64,000 nt of DNA from Actinomyces timonensis (lineage in GTDB: Bacteria; Actinomycetota; Actinomycetes; Actinomycetales; Actinomycetaceae): NCBI RefSeq assembly GCF_040702965.1, contig NZ_CP159989.1, positions 1,059,678 through 1,123,677 on the forward strand. Direction: 5' to 3'. Shown piece after piece: positions 10,009 to 21,243 of this stretch. The position numbers were made by a program, and so were the translations under genes. The notes below the pieces were generated by a model. The model saw nothing but the letters and a program-made list of their open reading frames with translations, did not search any database and was not told the DNA's origin. Every line of letters begins with the position of its first letter. Within the stretch, counting starts at the first letter, position 1.

Positions 10009-10102
10009 GCCACGGGGCGCGCGAGAACCGGTCCAGTCCGACCAGCACGCGCCGCGCGCGGCGCGATGACCACCCAGACACCTCCCAAGCGAAGGAAGAA
10101 CG

Positions 10103-10660
10103 ATGATCGACGATGTCATGCTCTCCACCGAGGAGAAGATGGACAAGGCCCTTGAGGCCGCCAAGGGCGAGCTCGCCGCCATTCGCACCGGCCGCGCCAA
10201 CCCCTCCATGTTCAACTCGATCCTGGTGGACTACTACGGCGCCCCCACGCCCCTCCAACAGCTCGCATCCCTGACGATCCCCGAGGCCTGCACGGTCATC
10301 GTCAGCCCCTTCGACCGCTCCGCGATGAAGGCGATCACCACCGCGATCCGCGAGTCCGACCTCGGGGTCAATCCCACCGACGACGGCACGGTCATCCGGG
10401 TCGCCCTGCCCGCGCTCACCGAGGAGCGCCGCAAGGATTACGTCAAGCTCGCGCGCTCGCGCGCCGAGGAGGCCCGTGTCCAGGTCCGCGGCGTGCGCGG
10501 AAAGGCCAAGAAGGAGCTCGAGGCCATCAAGCGCGATGGCGAGGCCGGTGAGGACGACGTCAAGCGCGCCGAGGGCGAGCTCGACCAGCTCACCAAGCGC
10601 TTCGTCGACGCCATCGACAAGTCCCTGGCCTCCAAGGAGGAGGAGCTCCTCTCCGTCTGA
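10103..10660 (+). CDS. frr: ribosome recycling factor
   Basis: 185 aa, 'MFNSILVDYYGAPTPLQQLASLTIPE...VNPTDDGTVIRVALPALTEERRKD'. Confidence 0.9.
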   Translation: MIDDVMLSTEEKMDKALEAAKGELAAIRTGRANPSMFNSILVDYYGAPTPLQQLASLTIPEACTVIVSPFDRSAMKAITTAIRESDLGVNPTDDGTVIRVALPALTEERRKDYVKLARSRAEEARVQVRGVRGKAKKELEAIKRDGEAGEDDVKRAEGELDQLTKRFVDAIDKSLASKEEELLSV

Positions 10661-10736
10661 TCCGCCCGAGCCCGCCGGCCCCTCGCGGGGCTGGCGGGGC
10701 GGTGACGCCCCCCCACCCCGACCCGAAGAACCCCTC

Positions 10737-11675
10737 GTGACCATTCTGAGCGCCCTGCTGACACCGCCACCGACGCGCAATCGAGCGCCCCTGCCCGCCA
10801 CGGGCCGGGCCGGCCGCAACCTGCCGGCCGCGATCGGCGTCTCCGCGGTCCTCATCGGCGGGCTCCTGGCCTCCCTGGTCTTCGAGGAGAAGTACTTCGT
10901 CGGCGTCGTCATCCTCGCCGTGTGCGGGGCGCTGTGGGAGCTTGCGGGCGCTTTCGCCCGCAAGGGCATCGCCCTGCCGCTCCTGCCCCTGTGGGTGGGG
11001 ACCGCCGGCATCGCCGTCACCGCCTGGGCCCTCGGCGCCGAGGGCGCCTTCGGCGCCTACCTGGCGACCGCCGGAGCCTGCGTCCTGTGGTCCTTCGTGG
11101 AGCGCGCCGAGGCCGAGGACGGCACCATCCTCGAGGCCAGTCCCCACGACGTGCCGCGCACCGACGCCCACGACGAGGCCCGGCGCTCGCGCTCCGTGGA
11201 CGCCACGGCCTCCGTCCTGGCCGCCACCTACCTCCCGTTCCTCGCCAGCTTCGCCGTGCTGCTCGTCGCCCAGGACCACGGCGTCGCCAAGGTCATCACC
11301 CTGTTCGCCCTGCCGATCGCCAACGACACCGGAGGCTGGCTGGCCGGCATCACGATGGGCCGCCACGCCATGGCCCCCGCAGTGTCCCCGAAGAAGTCCT
11401 GGGAGGGGTTCGCCGGATCCCTCATCGCCGCCGTCGGGGCGGGCACGGCCTGCCTGCTGTTCCTCGACGGGCCGCTGTGGGCGGGCGCGGCGCTCGGCGC
11501 CTGCTGCACGATCGTGGCCACGCTCGGGGACCTGGGGGAGTCCCTCCTCAAGCGCGATCTCGGCCTGAAGGACATGGGTACGCTCCTGCCGGGGCACGGC
11601 GGCCTCATGGATCGGCTCGACTCGATCCTGGTCACCGCGCCTATCGTGTACCTGTTCACCCTCATCCCCTGGTGA
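10737..11675 (+). CDS. cdsA: phosphatidate cytidylyltransferase
   Basis: Multi-TM protein ending '...[33 protein letters not shown]' (CTP-transferase 1 signature); start codon uncertain (GTG at 10737 proposed). Confidence 0.75.
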   Translation: MTILSALLTPPPTRNRAPLPATGRAGRNLPAAIGVSAVLIGGLLASLVFEEKYFVGVVILAVCGALWELAGAFARKGIALPLLPLWVGTAGIAVTAWALGAEGAFGAYLATAGACVLWSFVERAEAEDGTILEASPHDVPRTDAHDEARRSRSVDATASVLAATYLPFLASFAVLLVAQDHGVAKVITLFALPIANDTGGWLAGITMGRHAMAPAVSPKKSWEGFAGSLIAAVGAGTACLLFLDGPLWAGAALGACCTIVATLGDLGESLLKRDLGLKDMGTLLPGHGGLMDRLDSILVTAPIVYLFTLIPW

Positions 11676-11835
11676 GAGCCGCGCAGGACGAGAGCATGAG
11701 CCACCAGTGAGACAAGCGAGAGAAAGGACCCCGAGCCCCGTGAGCCCCACTGCCGGCCGCGCCCGCACCGGGCGCCCCGAGCCCGTCGCCCTGCGGCGCC
11801 GGGCCAGCGGTCCAGTGCCCGGCGAGGTCCAGGTG

Positions 11836-13008
11836 ATGCCCACGGACCAGCCTCCCGAGGGTGCCGCCACCCCTGACGCGCGCCCCCGCCTGTCCTTCGC
11901 CGTCCCGCCCGCCCGTGGTAAGGCCCCTCGCCACCTGGCCGACCTAGATCTCGCGGGCAGGAAGGCCGCGCTGGCCGAGGCCAGCCTGCCCGCCTTCCGC
12001 GCCGACCAGCTCTCCCACCACTACTTCACCCGCTTCACCCGGGACGCCGCTGAGATGACGGACCTGCCCGCCTCCGCGCGCGAGCAGCTGGCCGCCGAGC
12101 TCCTGCCCGAGCTCATCACCGAGGTGAGGATCATGCGCGCCGACGGCGGCCGCACCCTCAAGCACCTCTGGGAGCTGCACGACGGGGTGCGCGTGGAATC
12201 CGTGCTCATGCGCTACAAGGACCGCACCACCCTGTGCGTCTCCTCCCAGGCCGGCTGCGGCATGGCGTGCCCCTTCTGCGCCACCGGGCAAATGGGCCTG
12301 ACCCGCAACCTCACCACCGCCGAGATCGTTGAGCAGGTCCGCCACGCCGCCCGAGTCAGCGCCGACGGCGCCCTGGCCGGTGGCCCCGCGCGCCTGAGCA
12401 ATGTCGTCTTCATGGGCATGGGCGAGCCGATGATCAACTACAGGAACGTCGTCGCCTCCCTCCACCGCCTCATCGACCCGTCGCCGGAGGGCTTCGGCCT
12501 GTCCGCCCGTGGCATCACGGTCTCCACCGTCGGCCTCGTGCCGCTCATCCGCAAGCTGGCGGGGGAGGGGATGCCCGTCACGCTCGCCGTGTCCCTCCAC
12601 GCCCCCGACGACGAGCTGCGGGACGCCCTCATCCCGGTCAACTCCAAGTGGAAGGTGGGTGAGCTCCTCGACGCCGCCCACGACTACTTCCGCGCCACCG
12701 GCAGGCGCGTATCCATCGAGTACGCCCTGATCAAGGACATGAATGACCACGCCTGGCGGGCTCAGATGCTCGCTGATGAGCTGAACCGGCGGGGCCGCGG
12801 CTGGGCGCATGTGAACCCGATCCCGCTCAACCCCACGCCGGGATCGATCTGGACGTGCTCCGAGCCCAGCGTGCAAGATCTATTCGTGGGCACGCTCCGG
12901 CGCGCCGGCATCACCACCACCGTGCGCGACACGCGCGGAAGCGACATCGACGGCGCCTGCGGCCAGCTGGCGGCGGAGGTTCTCAATCAGGAGAGGATCA
13001 GGTCATGA
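11836..13008 (+). CDS. rlmN: 23S rRNA (adenine2503-C2)-methyltransferase RlmN (radical SAM)
   Basis: '[28 protein letters not shown]' CxxxCxxC radical-SAM motif plus conserved N-terminal 'FRADQL'; ORF opens at 11707, ATG at 11836 chosen. Confidence 0.85.
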   Translation: MPTDQPPEGAATPDARPRLSFAVPPARGKAPRHLADLDLAGRKAALAEASLPAFRADQLSHHYFTRFTRDAAEMTDLPASAREQLAAELLPELITEVRIMRADGGRTLKHLWELHDGVRVESVLMRYKDRTTLCVSSQAGCGMACPFCATGQMGLTRNLTTAEIVEQVRHAARVSADGALAGGPARLSNVVFMGMGEPMINYRNVVASLHRLIDPSPEGFGLSARGITVSTVGLVPLIRKLAGEGMPVTLAVSLHAPDDELRDALIPVNSKWKVGELLDAAHDYFRATGRRVSIEYALIKDMNDHAWRAQMLADELNRRGRGWAHVNPIPLNPTPGSIWTCSEPSVQDLFVGTLRRAGITTTVRDTRGSDIDGACGQLAAEVLNQERIRS

Positions 13009-13547
13009 CCATGTTCCCCAGGACGTCGTTCTTCCGCCGGGGATACCGTCCCTCGCAGGTGGACGGCTACTTCGAGACGGCCAAGGACATCTATGAGTCC
13101 GAGGACCTCGACGAGATGGACTCCGAGGGCGTACGAACCGTCGCCTTCGACATCGTGCGCCGGGGTTACGAGCCCGGCGCCGTCGACGCGGCCCTCGACC
13201 GCCTCGAGACCGCCTTCCTGCAGCGGCGCCGGGCCGAGTTCGTCGCCCAGAACGGGCGCCAGGCCTGGATGGACCAGGTGGCCGAGCTCGCCACCACGCT
13301 CTACCCCCGCCTTCTCCGCCCCGTTGGGGAGCGCTTCGCCCCGGCCCGCCGCCACGGTTACGCCAAGGCCGACGTCGACGCCCTCATGGACCGCATCGCC
13401 GCCTACTTCGACTCCGAGGAGCCCCTGACCTCCGCCGAGGTCCGCACAGCCGTGTTCGGCAGCGCGCGCGGCTCCAAGGCCTATGACGAGTCCAGCGTCG
13501 ACCGCTACCTCGCGCGCGTCGTCGAGGTCGTCTTCTCCGTTGAGTGA
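13005..13547 (+). CDS. DivIVA-domain repeat protein
   Basis: Three copies of 'R(R)GY.P..VD..LD..E..F' ([17 protein letters not shown]; [20 protein letters not shown]; [21 protein letters not shown]); start overlaps rlmN stop (ATGA). Confidence 0.55.
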   Translation: MTMFPRTSFFRRGYRPSQVDGYFETAKDIYESEDLDEMDSEGVRTVAFDIVRRGYEPGAVDAALDRLETAFLQRRRAEFVAQNGRQAWMDQVAELATTLYPRLLRPVGERFAPARRHGYAKADVDALMDRIAAYFDSEEPLTSAEVRTAVFGSARGSKAYDESSVDRYLARVVEVVFSVE

Positions 13548-13581
13548 TGCCGGCCCGGGGCGCGTCCGGAAGGGGACGAGC

Positions 13582-14868
13582 ATGATCAGCATGACTGCCC
13601 GCGCCAGCGCTCCCGGGGCCCTCGTCCTCCTGGGCTCCACGGGATCCATCGGCACCCAGGCCCTCGAGGTCGCCCGGCGCCTCGGGCGGGGCGCCCCCCG
13701 TGTCGCCGCGCTGGCCGCCGGCGGCTCCCGCCTCGATCTCCTGGCCGAGCAGGCCCTGAGCTTCGCCGTCCCGCTCGTGGCCCTGGCCGATGAGCGCCCG
13801 GGGATCGAGAGGGCGCTGCGCGACGCCCTGACCGCCGCCTCCGAGCGCCTGGGCCGCCCCGACCCCGTCACCACGATCCTGACCGGGCCGGACGCCGCCG
13901 CGGACGCCATCGAGGCCTCCGGCGTGGGGGAGGGCGACACGGTCCTCAACGGCATCACCGGCTCGGTGGGCCTTCGCCCCACCCTGGCCGCGCTCGCCAG
14001 CGGGGCGCGCCTGGCCCTGGCCAACAAGGAATCACTCGTCGTCGGCGGGGCGCTGGTCAAGGACGCGCTGCGCCGCCCCGGCCAAGTGGTCCCCGTGGAC
14101 TCCGAGCACTCCGCGATCGCCCAGGCCCTGGCCTCCGGCCGTCACGAGAAGGGCCTGACCAGTCCCGTCATCACCGGGACCAGCGAGGTACGACGCCTGA
14201 TCCTGACCGCCTCCGGGGGGCCCTTCCGCGGACGCGACCGCACCTCGCTCGCCGGCGTCACCGCCGAGCAGGCCCTGGCCCACCCCACCTGGGCGATGGG
14301 CCCGGTGGTGACCATCAACTCCTCCACCCTCGTCAACAAGGGGCTCGAGCTCATCGAGGCGCACCTCCTGTTCGACATCCCGCCCGAGCGCATCGACGTC
14401 GTCGTCCACCCCCAGTCGGTCATCCACTCAATGGTCGAGTTCATCGACGGCGCCACGATCGCCCAGGCATCCCCCCCGGACATGCGCCTGCCCATCGCGC
14501 TGGGCCTCACCTGGCCCGAGCGCCCGGACCTGGCCGGGCTGGTGGCCCCCAACGACTGGAGCGCCCCCGTGGCCTGGGGCTTCGAGCCCCTCGACGACGA
14601 CGCCTTCCCCGCCGTCGGCCTGGCGCGCTCCGCCGTGGCCGCCTCGGCCACCCACCCCGCCGTCCTCAATGCCGCCAACGAGCAGGCCGTCGCCGCCTTC
14701 CTGGCGGGCGGCCTGGAATGGCTGGACATCGTGGGCATCGACGCCGCCGTCCTGGGCGAGCACGAGGGCTTGGCCACGCCCGGCCTCGACGAGGTGGCGC
14801 AGGTGGAGGCCTGGGCGAGGGCGCGCGCCGACGAGCTCATCGCCTCCCGTGGCAGACTGCGCGCATGA
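13582..14868 (+). CDS. dxr: 1-deoxy-D-xylulose 5-phosphate reductoisomerase
   Basis: 'LVLLGSTGSIGTQALEV', '...VPVDSEHSAIAQAL', 'LANKESLV' DXR signatures. Confidence 0.9.
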   Translation: MISMTARASAPGALVLLGSTGSIGTQALEVARRLGRGAPRVAALAAGGSRLDLLAEQALSFAVPLVALADERPGIERALRDALTAASERLGRPDPVTTILTGPDAAADAIEASGVGEGDTVLNGITGSVGLRPTLAALASGARLALANKESLVVGGALVKDALRRPGQVVPVDSEHSAIAQALASGRHEKGLTSPVITGTSEVRRLILTASGGPFRGRDRTSLAGVTAEQALAHPTWAMGPVVTINSSTLVNKGLELIEAHLLFDIPPERIDVVVHPQSVIHSMVEFIDGATIAQASPPDMRLPIALGLTWPERPDLAGLVAPNDWSAPVAWGFEPLDDDAFPAVGLARSAVAASATHPAVLNAANEQAVAAFLAGGLEWLDIVGIDAAVLGEHEGLATPGLDEVAQVEAWARARADELIASRGRLRA

Positions 14869-16190
14869 CTCAGGCCCTCGCATACGCCCTCGGAATCCTC
14901 GTCCTCGTGATAGGCATCGGCATCTCGGTCGCGCTTCACGAGCTCGGGCACATGATCCCCGCCAAGCGCTTCGGCGTGAAGGTCCCGGAGTACTTCATCG
15001 GCTTCGGGCCCCGTGTCTGGTCCACGCGCCGGGGGGAGACCGAGTACGGGGTGAAATGGATCTGGCTGGGCGGCTACGTCAAGCTCGTCGGCATGATCCC
15101 CCCGGCCAGGCCGGGCCGCCCGGACAAGCCCGGCTCCCAGGTCGCTGATGCCCGCGCCGAGGCCCTGGCGGAGATCAGGCCGGGCGAGGAGCACCGCGCC
15201 TTCTACCGCCTCAGCGTGCCCCGCAAGCTCCTCGTCATGGCGGGCGGGATCCTCACCAACCTCGTGCTGGGCGCCCTCCTGCTCACCGTCGCCCTCTGCG
15301 GCATCGGCGTCCCGGGCGGCACCACCACGCTCAAGAGCGTCTCGACCTGCCTGACCTCAGACGTCGACTCCGGCGCCCCGTGCTCGGACGCCGATCCGAC
15401 GGCGCCCGGGGCCGCGGCGGGCCTGCGAGCGGGCGATGAGATCCGCTCCTGGGACGGCGCGCGGACCTCCTCCTGGAAGGACGTTCAGGCCGCGATCGCC
15501 GCCTCCGGCACGCGCTCCGTGCCCGTCGTCGTCGAGCGCGACGGCGCTGAGGTCACCCTGACCGTCACCGCCGCCGAGGTCCAGCGCAAGGTCCTCGACC
15601 CCCAGGGCAAGCCCGTGCTCGACTCCGACGGAAGCCCTACGACCACCACCCGCCCCTACGTCGGCATCAGCCCCGTGTACGGGGCGGTGCCCCTGCCGAT
15701 CGGCGAACTCCCATCCATGATCGGGCAGGCCGTGACCGGCACGGTCAAGGCGATCGCCACCCTTCCGGTGGGTCTCTACCACGCGGTGGCCGCCGGGCTC
15801 GGGCACGAGGAGCGCTCCGCCAACGGCGTCATCGGCCTCGTGGGCGTCGGGCGCATCGCGGGCGAGGTGTCCAGCACCGGCACGGGCGCGTCGGCGGTGA
15901 GTGTCCCGCTGGAGCTGCGCGTCTCCCAGATGCTCATGCTGCTCGGCTCTCTCAACCTGGCGCTCTTCGCCTTCAACCTCATCCCCCTGCTGCCCCTCGA
16001 CGGCGGTCACGTGGCCGGCGCGCTCTGGGAGGGGGCCCGGCGCCGCTGGGCGCTGGCGCACGGGCGCCCCGACCCCGGCCCCGTGGACACCGCCCGCATG
16101 CTGCCCGTGGGGCAGGTGGTCTTCGGCGTCCTCATCGTCATGACCGTCATCCTCGTGTGGGTCGACCTCGTCGCCCCAATCACTGGATAG
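14865..16190 (+). CDS. M50-family site-2 zinc metalloprotease (Rip1/RseP-like) with PDZ domain
   Basis: 'VALHELGHMIPAKRFGVKVPEYFIGFGP' HExxH at TM1, PDZ-like middle, C-terminal 'LNLALFAFNLIPLLPLDGGHV' (LDG motif); ATGA overlap with dxr. Confidence 0.85.
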   Translation: MTQALAYALGILVLVIGIGISVALHELGHMIPAKRFGVKVPEYFIGFGPRVWSTRRGETEYGVKWIWLGGYVKLVGMIPPARPGRPDKPGSQVADARAEALAEIRPGEEHRAFYRLSVPRKLLVMAGGILTNLVLGALLLTVALCGIGVPGGTTTLKSVSTCLTSDVDSGAPCSDADPTAPGAAAGLRAGDEIRSWDGARTSSWKDVQAAIAASGTRSVPVVVERDGAEVTLTVTAAEVQRKVLDPQGKPVLDSDGSPTTTTRPYVGISPVYGAVPLPIGELPSMIGQAVTGTVKAIATLPVGLYHAVAAGLGHEERSANGVIGLVGVGRIAGEVSSTGTGASAVSVPLELRVSQMLMLLGSLNLALFAFNLIPLLPLDGGHVAGALWEGARRRWALAHGRPDPGPVDTARMLPVGQVVFGVLIVMTVILVWVDLVAPITG

Positions 16191-16235
16191 GCGCGCTGAC
16201 CAGGTGGTATCCTGCTGACGGACTGGCCTCGTGGC

Positions 16236-16877
16236 ATGGTGCCGTGGCTGCGCCTGGGCGCGGGGGATGAGCCATCCGGGAGGAGCCCCATGACCACCGG
16301 CCCTTCGCGGGCGCGTCTTTCGGAGATGGTGCGGCCCATCGGCGGCGGCGCCTCCTCCCCGCCGCGCCCCGCCCCCGCGGCCCCGGAGAGGGCGAGCGCT
16401 CGGCCCGCCCTGCGGGCGCTGGCGTGGCTCTGGGTCCCGATCTCCCCCGTCATCGTGGGCCTGTGCCTCGTCCTGGACGGCTTGGCGGGCTGGCTGGTCG
16501 TCTCATACCTCCTCCTCGGGTATTGGATCGGCGTGCTCATCTATCGGCTCGTCATCGCCATCCTCTTCCACATATCGACCAGGCGGGCGCCCGAGCGACC
16601 AGTGCCGCGATGGCTCGTCGCGGCCGTCGTGGCGCAGGAGCTCGCCTTGGATCTCGCGGCCTTCCTCCTCCCCGACGCCGATGACGCTCGGACTCTTTCG
16701 ATCCTCCAAGCCTGGGGCGTGCCCGAGGCGATCGGTGACGCGATCGTGGACGCGCTCCTGATCAGCGCGCTCATCGGGGCCCTCCTCCTGCTCGCCGCCG
16801 TTGCGGCCGACCTCTTCTCGGCCCGTGAGCGCGGTGGTGGCGCGTCCCCGCGCCATCCGAGTGACACCACCGGGTGA
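16236..16877 (+). CDS. hypothetical membrane protein (3-4 predicted TM helices); start uncertain
   Basis: Hydrophobic helices (WLWVPISPVIVGLCLVLDGLAGWLVVSYLLLGYWIGVLIYRLVIAILF; ALLISALIGALLLLAAVAA) and good GC3 bias; no recognisable motif. Confidence 0.4.
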   Translation: MVPWLRLGAGDEPSGRSPMTTGPSRARLSEMVRPIGGGASSPPRPAPAAPERASARPALRALAWLWVPISPVIVGLCLVLDGLAGWLVVSYLLLGYWIGVLIYRLVIAILFHISTRRAPERPVPRWLVAAVVAQELALDLAAFLLPDADDARTLSILQAWGVPEAIGDAIVDALLISALIGALLLLAAVAADLFSARERGGGASPRHPSDTTG

Positions 16878-16955
16878 CCTGGGCAGCAGCGGCATCGCGC
16901 TCACCACACCCTCCGGCGTCGTGCGCTCGCGCGGCGCGGTGCCATACTGGGGCGC

Positions 16956-18134
16956 GTGACTGAAGCGATCGCCCTCGGCATCCCCTCCATGCGCGAGGAG
17001 CGCCCTGTTCTCGCCCCCCGCAGGCCCACCCGGAGGATCCGCGTCGGCAGCCTCTCCGTCGGAGGCGACGCCCCCATCACCGTGCAGTCGATGACGACCA
17101 CGAAGACCCACGACATCGGGGCCACCCTCCAGCAGATCGCCGAGCTCACCGCCTCCGGCTGCGACATCGTGCGCGTCGCCTGCCCGACGGACAAGGACGC
17201 CGAGGCCCTGCCCGTCATCGCCAAGCAGTCCCGCATCCCCGTCATCGCCGATATCCACTTCAACCCGAAGTACGTCTTCCAGGCGATCGCGGCCGGATGC
17301 GGGGCCGTGCGCGTCAACCCGGGCAACATCCGCAAGTTCGACGACCAGGTCGCCGCGATCTGCAAGGCCGCCTCCGACGCCGGCGTGAGCCTGCGCATCG
17401 GCGTCAACGCCGGCTCCCTGGACCCGCGCCTGCTCAAGAAGCACGGCAAGGCGACCCCGGAGGCCCTCGTGGAGTCCGCCGTCTGGGAGGCTGGCCTCTT
17501 CGAGGAGTGCGGCTTCCACGACTTCAAGATCTCGGTCAAGCACCACGACGTCGTCACCATGGTGCGGGCCTACCAGCTCCTCAGTGAGAAGGGCGACTGG
17601 CCGCTCCACCTCGGCGTCACCGAGGCCGGCCCCGCCTTCCAGGGCACCATCAAGTCCTGTGCCGCCTTCGGCACGCTGCTGGCTCAGGGCATCGGGGACA
17701 CCATCCGCGTCTCCCTGTCCGCCCCGCCGGTCGAGGAGGTCAAGGTCGGCACCAAGCTCCTGGAGTTCATGGGCCTGCGCGAGCGCAAGCTCGAGATCGT
17801 CTCCTGCCCCTCCTGCGGCCGCGCCCAGGTGGACGTGTGGAGCCTCGCCGAGTCCGTCGAGGAGGGCCTGAAGTCCATCAGCGCCCCGCTGCGCGTGGCC
17901 GTCATGGGCTGCGTCGTCAACGGTCCCGGGGAGGCCCGTGAGGCCGACCTCGGCTGCGCATCGGGCAACGGCAAGGGCCAGATCTTCGTCCATGGCAAGG
18001 TCGTCGAGACCGTTCCCGAGGACCAGGTCGTCGAGACCCTCATCAGGCACGCCGAGGCCATGGCCGAGCAGATGCGCGCCGAGTTCGGCGAGGACGCCCT
18101 CAAGGGCACGACCCCCTCGGTCCTGGCGGTCTGA
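16956..18134 (+). CDS. ispG: 4-hydroxy-3-methylbut-2-enyl diphosphate synthase (flavodoxin)
   Basis: '[11 protein letters not shown]...', '[12 protein letters not shown]', C-terminal '[11 protein letters not shown]...[11 protein letters not shown]' 4Fe-4S ligands. Confidence 0.9.
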   Translation: MTEAIALGIPSMREERPVLAPRRPTRRIRVGSLSVGGDAPITVQSMTTTKTHDIGATLQQIAELTASGCDIVRVACPTDKDAEALPVIAKQSRIPVIADIHFNPKYVFQAIAAGCGAVRVNPGNIRKFDDQVAAICKAASDAGVSLRIGVNAGSLDPRLLKKHGKATPEALVESAVWEAGLFEECGFHDFKISVKHHDVVTMVRAYQLLSEKGDWPLHLGVTEAGPAFQGTIKSCAAFGTLLAQGIGDTIRVSLSAPPVEEVKVGTKLLEFMGLRERKLEIVSCPSCGRAQVDVWSLAESVEEGLKSISAPLRVAVMGCVVNGPGEAREADLGCASGNGKGQIFVHGKVVETVPEDQVVETLIRHAEAMAEQMRAEFGEDALKGTTPSVLAV

Positions 18135-18169
18135 GGGACGGCACTCCGGCGGGCGCGGCCCGCCTCGGC

Positions 18170-19126
18170 ATGCCCCTGTTCACGCGCCGACTGACCCCCG
18201 TGAGCCCCCGCCGTGTCGGGGGCGTGCTCGCCCTGTGCTCCCGCGATCCCGTCCTGTCTCTGCCGCTCGCCCAGCAACTCGAGCGCTGGAGGCACTGGGG
18301 ATCGGGGGACGTCGTCGTCCTGGGACGGCCCGCTGCCCCCGACGCCGCCGCGTGGTCCACGGGCTCCCTCATCGTCGTGGGCCTTGCCCCGCGCCCCGAG
18401 CTGGGCCTGCCAGGGGCGGGGCGCGTCGGAGTCCGGGCGCTCGCCGAGCACGCCCGCCCGCGCCTGACGCGCAACGGATCGATCCTCGGCAGCCCCGAGG
18501 ACGTCTCCCTGCTGTGGGCGGGCCTGGAGGCGGCCGGGATGCGCTGCCGGGAGGCGCGGTGGAACCAGCCCGTCCTCATCGCGCCGAGCCCGCCCGGGGG
18601 CCTCGCCGCCCAGGCGGTGGCCCGGCGCCCCTCCTCGGGCTGGGCCGCGCGCGGGACGCGCCAGGCGCGCCCCGAGGAGGAGTCCCTCGTCCTACCGGCC
18701 TCGGTGGCCATGTTCACCGAGGAGGTCGGCTACGACCCCATGTCCTCCGGCGGCTCCTACGCCCGCCACGTCTCCTGGCTCGTGGGCGAGGGCCGCAGCG
18801 ACGTGCTCCTCGACGACGGCCAGGGGCGCCCCGCGCGCCCCTGGGGCCCGGCGCGAGTGGCCTTCAAGGTCGACGTCGGCGGGATCTGGCACGCGCCCGG
18901 CGGCGCGGTCGCCCAGCTCACCGGCGTGTGGACGCGCCCGGACCTGCGAGGCAGGGGAGTGGCCAGCGCGGCGCTGGCCGCCGCCGTCGACGCCGTGCGG
19001 CACGAGCACGTGGGGCCCGACGGCGGGGTGAGCCTGTACGTCAATGACTTCAACGCCCCGGCGCGGGCGCTCTACCGCTCGCTCGGCTTCACCCAGCACG
19101 GCGCCTTCGCCACGGTGCTGCTCTGA
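18170..19126 (+). CDS. GNAT-family N-acetyltransferase-like protein
   Basis: C-terminal 'AQLTGVWTRPDLRGRGVASAALAAAVDAV...YVNDFNAPARALYRSLGF' acetyl-CoA binding motif; a GNAT gene follows ispG in mycobacteria as well. Confidence 0.6.
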   Translation: MPLFTRRLTPVSPRRVGGVLALCSRDPVLSLPLAQQLERWRHWGSGDVVVLGRPAAPDAAAWSTGSLIVVGLAPRPELGLPGAGRVGVRALAEHARPRLTRNGSILGSPEDVSLLWAGLEAAGMRCREARWNQPVLIAPSPPGGLAAQAVARRPSSGWAARGTRQARPEEESLVLPASVAMFTEEVGYDPMSSGGSYARHVSWLVGEGRSDVLLDDGQGRPARPWGPARVAFKVDVGGIWHAPGGAVAQLTGVWTRPDLRGRGVASAALAAAVDAVRHEHVGPDGGVSLYVNDFNAPARALYRSLGFTQHGAFATVLL

Positions 19127-19366
19127 TCCACCAAGGGGCCGTGCCGTCGGCCTGAGGACGGCAGCCCGCCACCCGCCGGCGCCCGCGGACCCCGCTCAGG
19201 TCGACGTCGGTGGTGCGCATCACCGCGTCATCCCATGACGCGCGGCGCTGAACCGGGACCCGCCGCCCCAAGGCCGGTGCCGGCGGCGTCCCGGGCCCCG
19301 CCGCCCCGGCGTCACTCTTCCCGCCCTGATTCGGGCGCCGGCGCGCGGAGCACGTAGGATCGACGC

Positions 19367-21190
19367 GTGCTACAGACGATGTCGAACGCCTTCATCCGTA
19401 CTCTGCGCGAGGACCCCGCCGACGCCGAGGTCGCCAGCCACAAGCTCCTCGTGCGCGCCTGCTACATCCGCCGCTCCGCGCCGGGCATCTACACCTGGCT
19501 GCCGCTGGGGCTGCGCACGCTGCGCAAGATCGAGGCGATCGTGCGCGAGGAGATGGACGCCATCGGCGGCCAGGAGGTCCACTTCCCCGGGCTGCTGCCT
19601 GCCGACCCCTACAAGGCCTCCGGCCGCTGGACCGAGTACGGCCCCACCCTGTTCACCCTCAAGGACCGCAAGGGGGGCGACTACCTCCTCGCCCCGACCC
19701 ACGAGGAGATGTTCACCCTGGCGGTCAAGGACATGTACTCCTCGTACAAGGACCTGCCCGCCATCGTCTACCAGATCCAGACCAAGTACCGCGACGAGGC
19801 CCGTCCCCGCGCCGGCATCATCCGCGGCCGTGACTTCGTCATGAAGGACTCCTACTCCTTCGACATCGACGAGACCGGGCTGGACGCCTCCTACCGGCTC
19901 CACCGCGACGCCTACGAGCGGCTCTTCACTCGCCTCGGCCTGGACTACGTCATCGTCAACGCCATGTCCGGCGCCATGGGCGGCTCCCACTCCGAGGAGT
20001 TCCTCCACCCCTCGCCCATCGGGGAGGACACCTTCGTGCGCTCCGCCGGTGGCTACGCGGCCAACGCCGAGGCCGTCGCCACCGTCGTCCCCGATGAGAT
20101 CGATGCCTCCGGGGCGCCGGAGGCGCGCGTCGTCGACACGCCCGACACCCCCACGATCGACACCCTCGTCGCCCTGTGCAACGAGGCCTACCCGCGCTCC
20201 GACGGGCGGGCCTGGGAGGCCGCCGACACCCTCAAGAACCTCGTCGTCACCCTCACCCACCCCGGCGGTGAGCGCGAGCTCCTCGTCATCGGCATCCCCG
20301 GTGATCGCGACCTCGACATGAAGCGCCTGGAGGCGGCCGTCGCCCCCGCCGAGGTCGCCATGGCCGAGGACGCGGACTTCGAGGGGCACCCCGAGCTCGT
20401 GCGCGGCTACATCGGCCCGGCTGCCATCGGCCCCAACTCGCCCCTGCGCCGCGTGGAGAGGGACCCGGACGGCTCCGAGCGCCTCGTGGGCTCCGTGCGC
20501 TTCCTCGTCGACCCCCGCGTCGTCAACGGCACCACCTGGGTGACCGGCGCCAACGAGGCCAAGAAGCACGTGCTCGGCCTCGTCATGGGCCGTGATTTCA
20601 CCGCCGACGGCACCATCGAGGCCGCCGAGGTCCGCGAGGGCGATCCCGCCCCGGACGGCTCCGGCCCGCTCAGCCTCGCCCGCGGCATCGAGGTCGGCCA
20701 CATCTTCGCCCTGGGGCGCAAGTACTCCGAGGCCCTGGGGCTGAGCGTCCTCGACGAGAACGGCAAGTCCCGCGTGGTCACCATGGGCTCCTACGGCATC
20801 GGCGTCTCGCGCGTCATGGCGGCCATGGCCGAGGCCAACCACGACGAGCGCGGCCTGGCCTGGCCCATCGCCGTGGCCCCGTACCACGTGCAGGTCCTGG
20901 CCACGGGCAAGGACGACACCGTCTTCACCATGGCGGAGCGCATCGCCGCCGCTCTGGACGCGGACGGCATCGAGGTCCTCTACGACGACCGCCGCAAGGT
21001 CTCCGCCGGCGTCAAGTTCGCCGATGCCGAGCTCCTGGGGCTGCCATACACCATCGTGGTCGGCCGCGACCTCGTCAAGGAGGGCACCGTGGAGATCCGC
21101 GACCGCCGCAGCGGCGAGCGCCGCTCCGTGCCCGCCAACCAGGCGGCCGAGCAGGCCCGCGCGCTCGTGCGCGACGCCCTCGCCCGATAA
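19367..21190 (+). CDS. proS: proline--tRNA ligase
   Basis: 607 aa class-II aaRS: '[24 protein letters not shown]', '[25 protein letters not shown]', INS editing domain, C-terminal anticodon-binding domain. Confidence 0.9.
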   Translation: MLQTMSNAFIRTLREDPADAEVASHKLLVRACYIRRSAPGIYTWLPLGLRTLRKIEAIVREEMDAIGGQEVHFPGLLPADPYKASGRWTEYGPTLFTLKDRKGGDYLLAPTHEEMFTLAVKDMYSSYKDLPAIVYQIQTKYRDEARPRAGIIRGRDFVMKDSYSFDIDETGLDASYRLHRDAYERLFTRLGLDYVIVNAMSGAMGGSHSEEFLHPSPIGEDTFVRSAGGYAANAEAVATVVPDEIDASGAPEARVVDTPDTPTIDTLVALCNEAYPRSDGRAWEAADTLKNLVVTLTHPGGERELLVIGIPGDRDLDMKRLEAAVAPAEVAMAEDADFEGHPELVRGYIGPAAIGPNSPLRRVERDPDGSERLVGSVRFLVDPRVVNGTTWVTGANEAKKHVLGLVMGRDFTADGTIEAAEVREGDPAPDGSGPLSLARGIEVGHIFALGRKYSEALGLSVLDENGKSRVVTMGSYGIGVSRVMAAMAEANHDERGLAWPIAVAPYHVQVLATGKDDTVFTMAERIAAALDADGIEVLYDDRRKVSAGVKFADAELLGLPYTIVVGRDLVKEGTVEIRDRRSGERRSVPANQAAEQARALVRDALAR

Positions 21191-21243
21191 CCGGTGACGG
21201 GCGCGGCGGCGCTCCCGCCGGCCCGCCGGTGCCGGCGGGCGCC

